From Clostridia bacterium (GTDB lineage: Bacteria; Bacillota; Clostridia; Acetivibrionales; STF1-152): a stretch of DNA of 64,000 bases. Position numbers and translations under genes: made by a program. This document shows, piece after piece, positions 31,714-42,200 of the stretch. Within the stretch, counting starts at the first letter, position 1, and every line of letters begins with the position of its first letter. The stretch spans positions 11,267 through 75,266 of the forward strand of contig JANQLN010000038.1 of assembly GCA_028280575.1 (NCBI GenBank), written 5' to 3'. The notes below the pieces were generated by a model. The model was not told the origin of the DNA and ran no database searches. It was given only the letters and a program-made list of their open reading frames with translations.

Positions 31714-31731
31714 ATGTTAAGTATTTAACAA
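31714..31731. promoter_or_regulatory. candidate Rex (redox-sensing repressor) operator
   Basis: ATGTTAAGTATTTAACAA matches 17 of 18 positions of the clostridial Rex consensus TTGTTAAnnnnTTAACAA. It lies 40-57 nt upstream of the hydC start. Confidence 0.5.
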
Positions 31732-32112
31732 AGTGTGTTAATAGTATAACAAATCTGCTTTAAAAAAACAATGATTTTCAAACAAAAAAATGTTAATTTT
31801 AAATTAATTTCTAGAGCAAAACACTTAAAACAAAGCATTATTTGTATAAAGCTTTGTTTATTGTATACATCTTAGTGCATGATTTTAAATAACTGTATTA
31901 TTAAAGGCTGCCTGTTTTTATATTGATATAGTTTCAATATCAGATAATTCAGCCTTTTATCTTTTTTATATATAAGCTTTATTAATACAATTGTACTAAA
32001 GTACACTCAATCCTATATTGTTTGTCCATAAAATACAATTACACAAACTTTAACCTATTTTCCTGCCATGCATATAATATGAGTAGAACAATATACGAAA
32101 GGAGGACAAAGT

Positions 32113-33099
32113 ATGATTCCAATACAATTAGCAGGCTTGGCAATAGCAGGTAGTTCACTGCTCTCCCAATATACTCAGGATAATAAATCGACCCCAGATA
32201 ATATAAAAAGGAATACGGGAATATTCCCGCCATTTCCTATACAACTTCCACCGATTGGCTACAAAAGAGATACAGGCACACAAATGCAAAATCCTATCGA
32301 AACATTTATAAAAGGCTTGAATTCAACAATCACTGAAATATCAAAAAGATTTGTCGGCGAAGACTATAACGCAGTAGTAAAAGATTTTATCCCGGGTGGT
32401 ACTACACTATTAAAACCTTCATTTTCCGGTAATTCAAGAGAAATCCTTTTAGCTGATTTGGATGGTGATTTACGGGATGAACTGATTGCTTCCTACAGGG
32501 AAGACCGGGAGATAAAGACAATCGTATTAAAAAAACAGGATAACAACTGGTATAAGGCTGCCGAACTTGCCCACAGGGATTACGACAGCCTGCACTTCAG
32601 GGGAACTGCCGCATTTACCAATGAACAGGGCAGGCAGTTGCTTTTAGGGATGGCACCCAAGGACAAACCTCCCGCTTTAATTGCATACTCCTTTAGAAAC
32701 GACAGCTTGAATAAGCTTTTCACCCGTGATTATCACAGGTTTGACCTTATACCTGTATTAAGTGAACACAGGAATGCACCTGCAAAATCATATCTGGGAG
32801 TATGGAATAAAAAGGACGGTATTATTCCTTTTGATATTAACCTTATGAGATGGAATGGTACCGAACTTGAAAAATATGATAATATTAAACCATATTACAG
32901 GCAAAGAGTGGTACCATATTTTGCATACCAGACAAAAAACTCACCAATGCATGTAAAAAATTGGTATAACCTGGCTGATGCCCTGGTAACCGCAGATATG
33001 CGTAACGATGCTTTAATAGCCATTAGAGCCGGTATGGCTATGAAACCGGATGAAGCACTTAGAGAGAAATTCGATGCCCTCAAAGCTACTATTTCATAG
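32113..33099 (+). CDS. hypothetical protein
   Basis: 328-aa ORF with an RBS (AGGAGGACAAAGT ATG). It contains LADLDGDLRDELIA (FG-GAP/VCBS-like Ca-binding loop pattern). Confidence 0.6.
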   Translation: MIPIQLAGLAIAGSSLLSQYTQDNKSTPDNIKRNTGIFPPFPIQLPPIGYKRDTGTQMQNPIETFIKGLNSTITEISKRFVGEDYNAVVKDFIPGGTTLLKPSFSGNSREILLADLDGDLRDELIASYREDREIKTIVLKKQDNNWYKAAELAHRDYDSLHFRGTAAFTNEQGRQLLLGMAPKDKPPALIAYSFRNDSLNKLFTRDYHRFDLIPVLSEHRNAPAKSYLGVWNKKDGIIPFDINLMRWNGTELEKYDNIKPYYRQRVVPYFAYQTKNSPMHVKNWYNLADALVTADMRNDALIAIRAGMAMKPDEALREKFDALKATIS

Positions 33100-33168
33100 C
33101 AAAGCCCTTCTAAAAAAAGCAGCATTAGCTGCATGTCCATAGGGATACACACAAAACCGCAGTTTTTG

Positions 33169-33199
33169 GAGGCAGGCAGCAGATTTTGCTGTCTGCCTC
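33169..33199 (+). terminator. hairpin terminator
   Basis: GAGGCAGGCAGCAG-ATTT-TGCTGTCTGCCTC. Confidence 0.55.
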
Positions 33200-33258
33200 T
33201 GACGTTAAACGGCTATTTCCCGGACTTCCTCAGTAAAAGCACGAGAATGCCTGTGCCT

Positions 33259-33996
33259 TTAATTTTTTAACTCTTGTATTATGCATTTTATCCTTTTTTC
33301 CTTTAATTCCATGAACATACATGGCTCAAGGATATGTGAAAGATCATGGGCGTCGGAACCAATCAGCCTTTTATACCTCTTAAAATCCGATTCTAGTGGT
33401 GAATCAGCACTATACTCCACGTATTTAAAACATAAATCCTCCGGTATAGAACCCAGGTTTGAAATTATACTGTATGAGTTCCTATCTGCATGGGCCGGAA
33501 CACATGCCCCGCCCATTGTATTAACTCTGTCCGCTACCTCATAGATACCGGCATTTATAGCATTTAAAAGCATTTTCTCTTCATTGCCTGTTATTTGGTC
33601 AAATGAATCCATAATAAGCTGCTGTCCGAAAATACCCTGCTCATTTTTTGTTTCAGGCAGATGATAATAGACATATTCACCAAAATCAGAAAGCATATCC
33701 ATATCCTCAAAATAGCAAAGCAGGTGCACCTCTTCATTTGTCATAACTTCCACTGCAGGAACAACCAGAATATCCTTATCATCTGCACACTCAACAACAG
33801 CTTTTACATTCTTTGTACAGTTGTGGTCTGTTATTGCAATTGCATCAAGCCCTTTAATTAAAGCCATATTAACAATATTATTGGGTGTCATATCGTTATC
33901 CGCACAAGGAGACAAAGCAGTATGAATATGAAGGTCAACAGCCAGGCGCCTTGAAGAAAAGCCATTACGTCTTTTATCCAGGTTTTCCGGCTTCAT
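33259..33996 (-). CDS. PHP (polymerase/histidinol phosphatase) domain protein
   Basis: VDLHIHTALSPCADN...AITDHN metal-binding His motifs. Confidence 0.8.
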   Translation of the reverse strand: MKPENLDKRRNGFSSRRLAVDLHIHTALSPCADNDMTPNNIVNMALIKGLDAIAITDHNCTKNVKAVVECADDKDILVVPAVEVMTNEEVHLLCYFEDMDMLSDFGEYVYYHLPETKNEQGIFGQQLIMDSFDQITGNEEKMLLNAINAGIYEVADRVNTMGGACVPAHADRNSYSIISNLGSIPEDLCFKYVEYSADSPLESDFKRYKRLIGSDAHDLSHILEPCMFMELKEKRIKCIIQELKN

Positions 33997-34340
33997 TTTT
34001 TCTGCTCCCTTTTTATAAGATTATGGATTTCTATACATGTACGGTGGGTTTTCATGGTTGTGCCCAATACAGGTATGCCTTCCATATCGGCTCTTTCAAG
34101 CGTATTCGATTCTACCTTTACACCCTCTGATACTATTATACATGAAAGCTCGGCAAGAAGCGCAACGGCTACTATATTTACGTGGGAATGAATTGTTATC
34201 CATGCACTTGCCTTTTCAGCCCTTGCCATCACCCAGCTCAAAAGATCACATGCATAAATATCCTCAACCTTCATGCCGAGTCCTTTTTTGCCCGCCAGCA
34301 CCTTCATATTCAATTTGTCTGCAATCATTTTTACATCCAT
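33993..34340 (-). CDS. DRTGG domain protein
   Basis: 115 aa, paralogous to 36183-36530 (VLAGKK...DLLSWVMA versus VVCEGN...DLMSDVMA). 4-nt overlap with the PHP gene. Confidence 0.65.
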   Translation of the reverse strand: MDVKMIADKLNMKVLAGKKGLGMKVEDIYACDLLSWVMARAEKASAWITIHSHVNIVAVALLAELSCIIVSEGVKVESNTLERADMEGIPVLGTTMKTHRTCIEIHNLIKREQKK

Positions 34341-34398
34341 GTTTATCCCTTATTTCCCAATGCTAGTACTCTGTGACATGCTGTGGTGAAAACCGATT

Positions 34399-35733
34399 TT
34401 ACTTTTTCAAATCTTCTTCCCCGTTTGAGGAATCATCCATAACAGGCGGCATTTTACCTTCCAGCTCCATCATCTGTATTGCCAAATCACGTACCTTTTC
34501 CCGCAGCTTAAAGATACAATCTGTTTCATGGGATTTGCCCCTTACAATATCTTCAGCTAAAGCTCTGCAAGAAGGAGCACCACAGGCACCGCAGTCAAGC
34601 CCGGGTAATTTATCGTTGATGCTTTCAAGCTCTCCCATTTTTCTAAGTGCTTCCTGCAGGTTTTCATCCAGCTTCAGAACAGGTTTATGCTCTATTTTCT
34701 TTTGCCATACCAGGTCAACCTCAGAATAATCCATCCTTTTTTCAGCACGTTCCATATACCGGGATTGTTCCAAGTGTTTTCTTAACCTGGCAGCTGCAAC
34801 AAATCCATTTTCAACCGTCAGCGGTCCCCCAAGGCATCCGCCTGTACAGGAAAGGGCCTCAACAAATTCAATATCTCCAAGCTTTTCATTTTCTATATCT
34901 TCAAGGATTTTAGCCACATTATGGATTCCATCTACCGAAAGATAGGATTCTGCCTGCAATGACAGGCTTTCTCCTCCGGAGCCTGCCCATCTTAAACCTT
35001 CAATACCCGCTTGAATTAGAACCTTATCATATTTTTTGCTTTCCATGTCCCTGACAATCCCAAGATATATATCCGCCATGGAAAGAACACCATTAACATT
35101 TGAACTGTATCTTTCATAGGATGTTTTAACGCTTGTTGCCTTAGCTGCACACGGCGAAATGAAAAAAACACCAATATCATCTTTACGTATCCCTGTTTGC
35201 TCTGCCGCTCTTTTTCTGGCAAGCATTGCCGAAACCTCCATAGGGGAATCAATTTTAACAAGGTTGTCAATCAGGGCCGGAAATCTGACCTGGATAAACC
35301 TCACAACTGCAGGACATGCAGACGATATTAAAGGTTTTGGGCAGTCTCTTTTCATCAAAATCTTTTTCACAGCTTCCGTTACTATTTCTGCCCCCCTGGC
35401 CACTTCGAAGACTTCATCGAATCCCTGCGCCTTCAAAGCTCCAAGAATGGCTTTCCTATCATATCTTGACGGAAACTGTCCGTAGAGTGTGGGGGCAGGT
35501 AATGCAATTTTGTATTGATATCCACCCAGTGCTTCCATTTTATCTGTTATTGCCTTTTTAGCATGGTATGGACACACCCTTATACACTCGCCGCAGTCTA
35601 TGCATCTCTCATTTGTAATCCTTGCCTTTCCCTTTCTTACCCTGATGGCTTCTGTGGGACATTTTTTTATACAATTGGTACATCCTTTGCATTTACTATC
35701 ATCCAGTGTAACAGAATGATAATAGGTAGTCAT
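34399..35733 (-). CDS. HydS-like putative sensory [FeFe]-hydrogenase homolog
   Basis: 2x[4Fe-4S] N-terminus (CKGCTNCIKKCP, CIDCGECIRVCP). Divergent H-cluster motifs SSACPAV, SPCAAKATS and SCTGGCLGG. Extra C-terminal Cys motif CGACGAPSC...C. Confidence 0.8.
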   Translation of the reverse strand: MTTYYHSVTLDDSKCKGCTNCIKKCPTEAIRVRKGKARITNERCIDCGECIRVCPYHAKKAITDKMEALGGYQYKIALPAPTLYGQFPSRYDRKAILGALKAQGFDEVFEVARGAEIVTEAVKKILMKRDCPKPLISSACPAVVRFIQVRFPALIDNLVKIDSPMEVSAMLARKRAAEQTGIRKDDIGVFFISPCAAKATSVKTSYERYSSNVNGVLSMADIYLGIVRDMESKKYDKVLIQAGIEGLRWAGSGGESLSLQAESYLSVDGIHNVAKILEDIENEKLGDIEFVEALSCTGGCLGGPLTVENGFVAAARLRKHLEQSRYMERAEKRMDYSEVDLVWQKKIEHKPVLKLDENLQEALRKMGELESINDKLPGLDCGACGAPSCRALAEDIVRGKSHETDCIFKLREKVRDLAIQMMELEGKMPPVMDDSSNGEEDLKK

Positions 35734-35748
35734 TTCAATTCCTCCAAT

Positions 35749-36189
35749 TTATGAGGTGAACTTTATAGCAATTTCCAATCTGGTTCCCTTGCCAATTTCC
35801 GATTCTATATTCAAACTGTCCGAATTTTTTTTTATATTAGGTAATCCCATCCCCGCACCGAACCCCATTTGCCTCACCTCGTCAGATGCGGTAGAATAAC
35901 CCTCCTTCATTGCCAAATCAATATTTTCAATGCCAGGTCCCCGGTCCTCTATTATAATCACTATTTCATCGGTTCCAATATTAACGGTAGCACTGCCCCC
36001 ATTTGCATGTATCACTGCATTCATTTCAGCCTCATACATGGATATTGATACCTTTTTTACTATTAAGGGATTAACACCTAGCTGCTTTAATTTCTTTTTT
36101 ACATTACTGGACGCTTCACCGGCAGATATCATATCCATTGCCGGTATATCATACACCAGTGTCAGGATTCCATTTGACAAATCTAACAC
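35749..36189 (-). CDS. anti-sigma-factor-type serine kinase (RsbW/SpoIIAB-like HATPase_c)
   Basis: EAEMNAVIHANGG (N box), DRGPGI and GFGAGMGLPNI (G boxes). Confidence 0.75.
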   Translation of the reverse strand: MLDLSNGILTLVYDIPAMDMISAGEASSNVKKKLKQLGVNPLIVKKVSISMYEAEMNAVIHANGGSATVNIGTDEIVIIIEDRGPGIENIDLAMKEGYSTASDEVRQMGFGAGMGLPNIKKNSDSLNIESEIGKGTRLEIAIKFTS

Positions 36190-36530
36190 CCTTCTTCTCT
36201 CATCCCTGCACTATAAAGTTTACCGCAGGCTACAAACATGGGATAATCTGTAGTCACTAATATAATATCCTTTTCTAAAGCCAGCTCTACCATTTTTGAG
36301 TCAGGTTTTTTCCCTCTGACAAAAACCACTGCTTTTATATCCATCATTTCCGCAGTCCTTATAACCTGGGGATTGATAAGACCGGTAAGCAAAAGCGTTT
36401 CATTTTTTAAAAAAGCCATAACATCACTCATCAAATCAGAGCCACAGGCAGAAATAAATTCAACATCACTGCAATTGCCTTCGCAAACTACCGAACCGTT
36501 AATTATACGTGTAATATCTTTCAGTTTCAT
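36183..36530 (-). CDS. DRTGG domain protein
   Basis: 115 aa, with LLTGLINPQVIRTAEM and VVFVRGKKP typical of DRTGG. It overlaps the kinase gene by 7 nt. Confidence 0.65.
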   Translation of the reverse strand: MKLKDITRIINGSVVCEGNCSDVEFISACGSDLMSDVMAFLKNETLLLTGLINPQVIRTAEMMDIKAVVFVRGKKPDSKMVELALEKDIILVTTDYPMFVACGKLYSAGMREEGC

Positions 36531-36658
36531 GACAACCCTCCAAAACGCATCTGTATATATTATTATATCATACTGTTAATACCAAAGTCTCAAAAATATA
36601 TTTTGCTAAAGCACTTTGCATTGTATCGGCTAAATATGACATTACATATAGTCTGCTT

Positions 36659-37267
36659 TCATTTCTTTATTATCACGGTAAAGTCGTTGTTAAGATAACC
36701 TTCTATTATATTGATTTTAGAAATATTGTCATGGGCACCGCTTATAAGGGACCCAACATCAGCAGGATTATAGTAATAGTATTTATCTTCCTTATCCTGC
36801 GATGCCGTATGAAGAAGATTAAAGGCCGCAATATTTTTTGACAATTCCAGAAATCTTTTTACCGCTTTTTTCAAAAAATCCATGTTGTTTCCAAGGTTAA
36901 TATTGAATATACCTGACGAATATATAACATCAAAAGAACCCTTTTCAAATAAATCGTCTTTAAAAATATCGGTACAAATAAAATCACCGTTAAGCTTTTT
37001 CCTTTTTGCACATTCAATCATGCTGTCAAGCAGGTCTACACCTGTATACCTGACATTTATCTTTTTCTCCTCAATAAATTCAAGCATATTACCAAGCCCG
37101 CATCCCACATCAAGCAAGCTTTTGCCCTCAAGGTCAACATTTAAAACAAGAATCTCAAATCTTTTCCTCTGGGCCTGCCTGCTCTCCCATCCCAGTATTT
37201 CATGGTCGGCCCTGCCCTCTTTGTGATTTTCCTCATAATATGTTTTTATTATTTCAACTTTTTTCAT
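36659..37267 (-). CDS. class I SAM-dependent methyltransferase
   Basis: Motif I LLDVGCGLGNM. Confidence 0.8.
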   Translation of the reverse strand: MKKVEIIKTYYEENHKEGRADHEILGWESRQAQRKRFEILVLNVDLEGKSLLDVGCGLGNMLEFIEEKKINVRYTGVDLLDSMIECAKRKKLNGDFICTDIFKDDLFEKGSFDVIYSSGIFNINLGNNMDFLKKAVKRFLELSKNIAAFNLLHTASQDKEDKYYYYNPADVGSLISGAHDNISKINIIEGYLNNDFTVIIKK

Positions 37268-37458
37268 ACTGCAGCTCCGTTTGTTTTCATTGATTTATGA
37301 ATATTGTAACACAGCATTATTTTCCCTGTAAACTGTTATTAATTCTAAGCATTATGAAGTTACATATAGAAATAAATACTCCCCCGGTATATGATTTATC
37401 CGGGGGGTATTATTATTTCTATAAAGATTATTCTAATCTGTTTTCCATATCTTCTTTT

Positions 37459-39243
37459 TTACTCTTGATACTCGTTGTATATTCCTCTTTGAGTATACTT
37501 TGTATGGAGGAGCTCATGGGATTTGTGTCCCAGCGGTTTTTTCAGGAACTCATCGTATATCCTGGTTATAAATGGATTATCGTGGGATTTTCTTATTTCC
37601 TTGCCCTCGTCTTCCTTCCATATGGCCTGTGCCCTTTTCATCCTTATTTCATTATTGGTTGGCCTGGGCTGTCCTCCACCGCTTATGCACCCACCAGGGC
37701 ATCCCATTACCTCAATGAAGTGATATGGAGATTCTCCCTTTGCTATTTCATCCATAAGTTTTTTTGCACCGCTCAAACCGCTTGTAACTGCTACCTTTAC
37801 AGTAACACCATCCAGGAATTTATAGTTTTCAACGGGATCTTCAATAAGAAGGTCTGCAACCTTTATCTGCTCAAGTCCCCTTACAGGCTCAATTTTAAGC
37901 TTGTCAAAGGGAAGCTCCCTGCCTGTAACCACTTCATATACCGTTCTTATAGCAGCTTCCATTACACCGCCGGTAGTTGCAAATATGTCGGCAGCACCGG
38001 AGGAAAGGCCCAGTGGACTATCAAATTCACTATCGTCCAAGGTCCTAAAATCAATTCCCGCATCCTTTATCATCCTGGCAAGCTCCCTGGTAGTTAAAAC
38101 AGCATCCACATTAGGAGCACCGTTATTCATCATTTCAGGACGTGTAATCTCATATTTTTTAGCCGTACATGGCATTACGGAAACCACATATATATCCTTT
38201 GGATCGCCACCAAGCCTATCTGCATAAAAAGATTTTGCCAGCGCTCCCAGCATCATGTGAGGAGACTTGCATGTGGATATATGGTCAAGCTCTTTTGGAA
38301 AAGTATGTTCAACATATTTTATCCACCCCGGGCTGCAGCTTGTAATCATAGGAAGTACTGCGTCTCCTCCATTTAGCGCACTTTTTACCCTTTGCAAAAA
38401 CTCATTGCCTTCTTCAATTATTGTAAGGTCGGCAGCAAAGTTGGTATCAAAAACATCATCAAATCCCATGTCTCTTAAAGCCGAAACCATTTTACCCGTA
38501 ACAAGGGTACCGGGCTCATAGCCGAATTCCTCACCCAAAGCAGCTCTGATAGCAGGTGCGGTTTGTATAACCACTCTTTTGCTTTCATCCAGCAAGGCAT
38601 CCCATACCTGCCTGGTTGAATCCTTCTCCATCAATGCCCCCACAGGACATACGGTAGTACACTGTCCACAAAATGCACAGTTTACAGTGCCCAAAGGCAG
38701 TTCGTCTGCAGGGCCTATTGCTGTTTTGAATCCTCTCTTCTGGGCATTCAGTACGCCTACTCCCTGTATTTCATTACATACGGTTATGCACCTGCGGCAA
38801 AGAATACATTTGGAAGTATCCCTTATAACCGACGGTGAAGATTCATCAATAAAAGTCTTCGACTTTTCACCCTCAAACCTGTAATCATGTACCTGCAGTG
38901 TCTCTCCCAGCTTCTGAAATTCACAATTCTGGTTCCTGGAGCAGCTCAGGCAGTCCTTCGGATGATCAGACAGGATAAGCTCATAAAGAACTTTCCTGGC
39001 TTTTCTCACCATTTCACTGTTGGTCTTTACTACCATACCTTCACGTACCTTAACCATACAGGATGCCTGGAGGTTTTTTGCACCTTCCACTTCAACCACG
39101 CAAATCCTGCATGAACCAATCTGATGGACACACTCCAGGTAACAAAAATGGGGAATTAATATATTATTTTCTTTTGCTGCCTCAAGTATGGTCTTTCCTT
39201 CTTCCACATTTAATTTTTTATTGTTTATAGTAAGATTAACCAT
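37459..39243 (-). CDS. hydA: [FeFe]-hydrogenase catalytic subunit, paralog 2
   Basis: TSCSPGW, MPCTAKKYE and EVMGCPGGCISGGGQP. Confidence 0.9.
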   Translation of the reverse strand: MVNLTINNKKLNVEEGKTILEAAKENNILIPHFCYLECVHQIGSCRICVVEVEGAKNLQASCMVKVREGMVVKTNSEMVRKARKVLYELILSDHPKDCLSCSRNQNCEFQKLGETLQVHDYRFEGEKSKTFIDESSPSVIRDTSKCILCRRCITVCNEIQGVGVLNAQKRGFKTAIGPADELPLGTVNCAFCGQCTTVCPVGALMEKDSTRQVWDALLDESKRVVIQTAPAIRAALGEEFGYEPGTLVTGKMVSALRDMGFDDVFDTNFAADLTIIEEGNEFLQRVKSALNGGDAVLPMITSCSPGWIKYVEHTFPKELDHISTCKSPHMMLGALAKSFYADRLGGDPKDIYVVSVMPCTAKKYEITRPEMMNNGAPNVDAVLTTRELARMIKDAGIDFRTLDDSEFDSPLGLSSGAADIFATTGGVMEAAIRTVYEVVTGRELPFDKLKIEPVRGLEQIKVADLLIEDPVENYKFLDGVTVKVAVTSGLSGAKKLMDEIAKGESPYHFIEVMGCPGGCISGGGQPRPTNNEIRMKRAQAIWKEDEGKEIRKSHDNPFITRIYDEFLKKPLGHKSHELLHTKYTQRGIYNEYQE

Positions 39244-39246
39244 AAT

Positions 39247-42200
39247 TTACGACCTCCTGTCACATCTTAGACATCTCATGGATTCTGCAATAGCATTAAG
39301 TTTGTGGAAACCAACCGCAACCTCTTCAAAGTTATCTTTTCGAAGCTCAGGGTCGAGAAACTTCATCGGAAACCTTTCATGTTCCACAATTTCCTTTTCC
39401 TCCGCCGCTTTTGGAATCTCAATATCCTCACCGGTATTTAAAATACCCTTGCCTCCCAAATAAACATCAATTTTCCTTGCAGCCTCCTTACCGTCTGCTA
39501 TTGCCGTTATTGCAGCATCAGATCCCCTTACAACATCTCCACCTGCAAAAACGCCCTTCATCTTTGTCATCATTGTATCCTTGTCGGTTACAAAGGTCCC
39601 CCATTGAGTAATTTCCAGCTCTTCCTTGTTTATAAAGGGAAGGTCTGAATACTGGCTTACAGCCGGTATTACCATATCGGCTTCAACTATAAACTCAGAG
39701 CCTTTGACAGGCTTGGGCTTTCTTCTTCCCGAAGAATCAAATTCCTTAAGCTCCATGTGCACACATTCTATTCCTTCTACATGGCCTTCACCAAAGAATT
39801 TAACAGGGGCAACAAGAGGAATAACATTAATGCCTTCCTTAATTGCATCCTTGACTTCCCTTTCATCTGCAGGCATGTCTTCAATTGTTCTCCTGTAAAG
39901 GATTGTCACTTCGCCTGCTCCAAGCCTCAAAGCCGACCTCGCGGCATCTATGGCGGTATTTCCTCCACCTATGACAACAACTTTTTGTCCAATTTTAATA
40001 TACCTTTCAAGATTTACGTCTTTCAGAAAATCAAGCCCGTGATAAATCCCTTTAAGGTCTTCACCGGGTATGTTAACCTTATTTGAAAATTGTGTTCCTG
40101 TTGAAATATATACCACATCGTGTTTGTCAATCAACTGGTAGAACGAAATATCGCTGCCAACTTCCGTATTCAAGTGTATTTTTACACCGACCTGCTCAAT
40201 AAGCTTGATTTCATGCTTTAGAATATTTTCCGGCAGTCTGTATTCAGGAATTCCAAATGCCAGGGTTCCACCTGCTACAGGCTGGGATTCATATACATCA
40301 ACATCATACCCAAGCCTTGCAAGATAGTATCCACAAGTCAGCCCGGAAGGCCCGGCACCTATTACACCTACACTTTTACCCCTCTTTGGGAATACCAGGT
40401 CTATATATGGCTGCTCATCCTCATACTTCATTACATAGTCTGCAACATACCTTTTAAGGTCGGCAATTGAAATAGGCTCATCCAACTGCGCCCTTCTGCA
40501 TTTGCTTTCGCAGGGGTGGGTACAGACTCTTCCACAAACTGCAGGAAACGGGTTCTCTTTTCTTATCAGGTTATATGCCTCCTTAAGCCTTCCGGCTGCT
40601 ATTAATGCAATGTATCCGGGAACATTCACTCCTGCGGGACATGCATTTTCACATGGGGATATGAAAAGGTCCGCACATACTCCTGCTCTGCAATACTTGT
40701 TTTTTATATGCTCTTCATATTCATCCCTGAAATTTTTAATCATGCTAAGCACCGGATTTGGTGCTGTCTGGCCAAGACCGCACATGGCTGTTTCCTTTAT
40801 CATGAGTCCAAGCTCTTCCAATAACTCAATATCTCCTTCTTTTCCTTCTCCCTGTGTAATTCTCTCCAGGATTTCAAGCATTCTTTTTGTTCCGAGACGG
40901 CAGGGAACACATTTACCACAGGATTCCTCCTGTACAAATTCCATAAAATACCTTGCCATATCAACCATACAGGTATCTTCATCCATGCTTATGAGTCCGC
41001 CTGATCCCATTATCGCTCCCAGCTTCTTGAGAGAATCATAGTCAACAGGAGTATTGAGATATTCACTTGTTATGCACCCGCCTGAAGGCCCGCCTGTTTG
41101 AGCTGCCTTGAATTCTTTCTTTTTGGGTATTCCTCCGCCAATGTCAAATATTATATCTCCCAGTGATTTACCCATAGGAACTTCCACTATCCCCGTATTG
41201 TTTATATCACCTGCAAGGGCAAATACTTTTGTTCCCTTGCTTTTATCAGTCCCGTATCCTGCAAACCACCCGCTGCTCTTCTCAACGATGGGTGCTATAT
41301 TTGCAAATGTCTCAACATTGCATATAATTGTGGGCTTGTCAAAAAGACCTGCTTCAAACGGGAATGGAGGCTTTTGACTGGGCTCTCCCCTCTCCCCCTC
41401 TATAGACGCCATCAGCGCGGTTTCCTCTCCGCAGACAAAGGCTCCTGCGCCGATTCTTATTTCCAGGTCAAAATCAAAACCGCTGTCAAATATGTTCTTT
41501 CCAAGTAATCCTGACTCTCTTGCTTCTAAAATTGCATTGTCCAGTCTTTCCACTGCAAGGGGATATTCAGCCCTCACATATACATAACCTTTTGACGCCC
41601 CTATAGCATAAGCTGATATAAGCATACCTTCAATTATGTTATTAGGGTCTCCCTCCAGTATGCTCCTGTCCATAAAAGCACCCGGGTCTCCCTCGTCCGC
41701 ATTGCATACGAGATACTTTTCATCACTTTCAGCTTTTAGTCCTGCCTCCAGCTTAATGCCTGCCGGGAATCCTCCCCCTCCTCTGCCTCTAAGGCCGGAT
41801 TTCTTGATTTCTTCAATAACCTCTTCCGGCGTCATGCCGATGAGGGCTTTGGCAGCAGCCACATAGCCATTATTGGCAATATAGGCTTCCAGCGAACTGT
41901 GGTCAATGCTTCCACAATTTCTTAGAGCTATTTTAACCTGGTCCTTAAAATAATCAATGTCCTTCAAATAGGGAATAAATTCATCTTTTTTAGAATTGTA
42001 ATATGTTTTTTCAAGCTTCATTTCCCCATTTTTCACATGACTTTCAACAATATCCTCCATATCTTCAGGACCAAGCTTTGTATAAAAAACACCGTCAGGC
42101 ATTACAAGCATTACAGGTCCAATATCACATGTCCCCATACACCCTGTTTCTATAAGCTCAACCTTATTACACAAATCAAATTTTTCCAACGCATCGGAAA

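Noticed and set aside
37297-38097. 266-aa plus-strand ORF
   Set aside because: Most of it is antisense to the strongly supported HydA paralog 2. Its composition is hydrophobic and low-complexity (Leu/Phe/Tyr/Ser-rich), and no motif or RBS was seen.
40502-41041. 179-aa plus-strand ORF and similar ORFs in 39.4-42.4 kb
   Set aside because: They are antisense to the NuoF-GltD fusion gene and contain no motifs.
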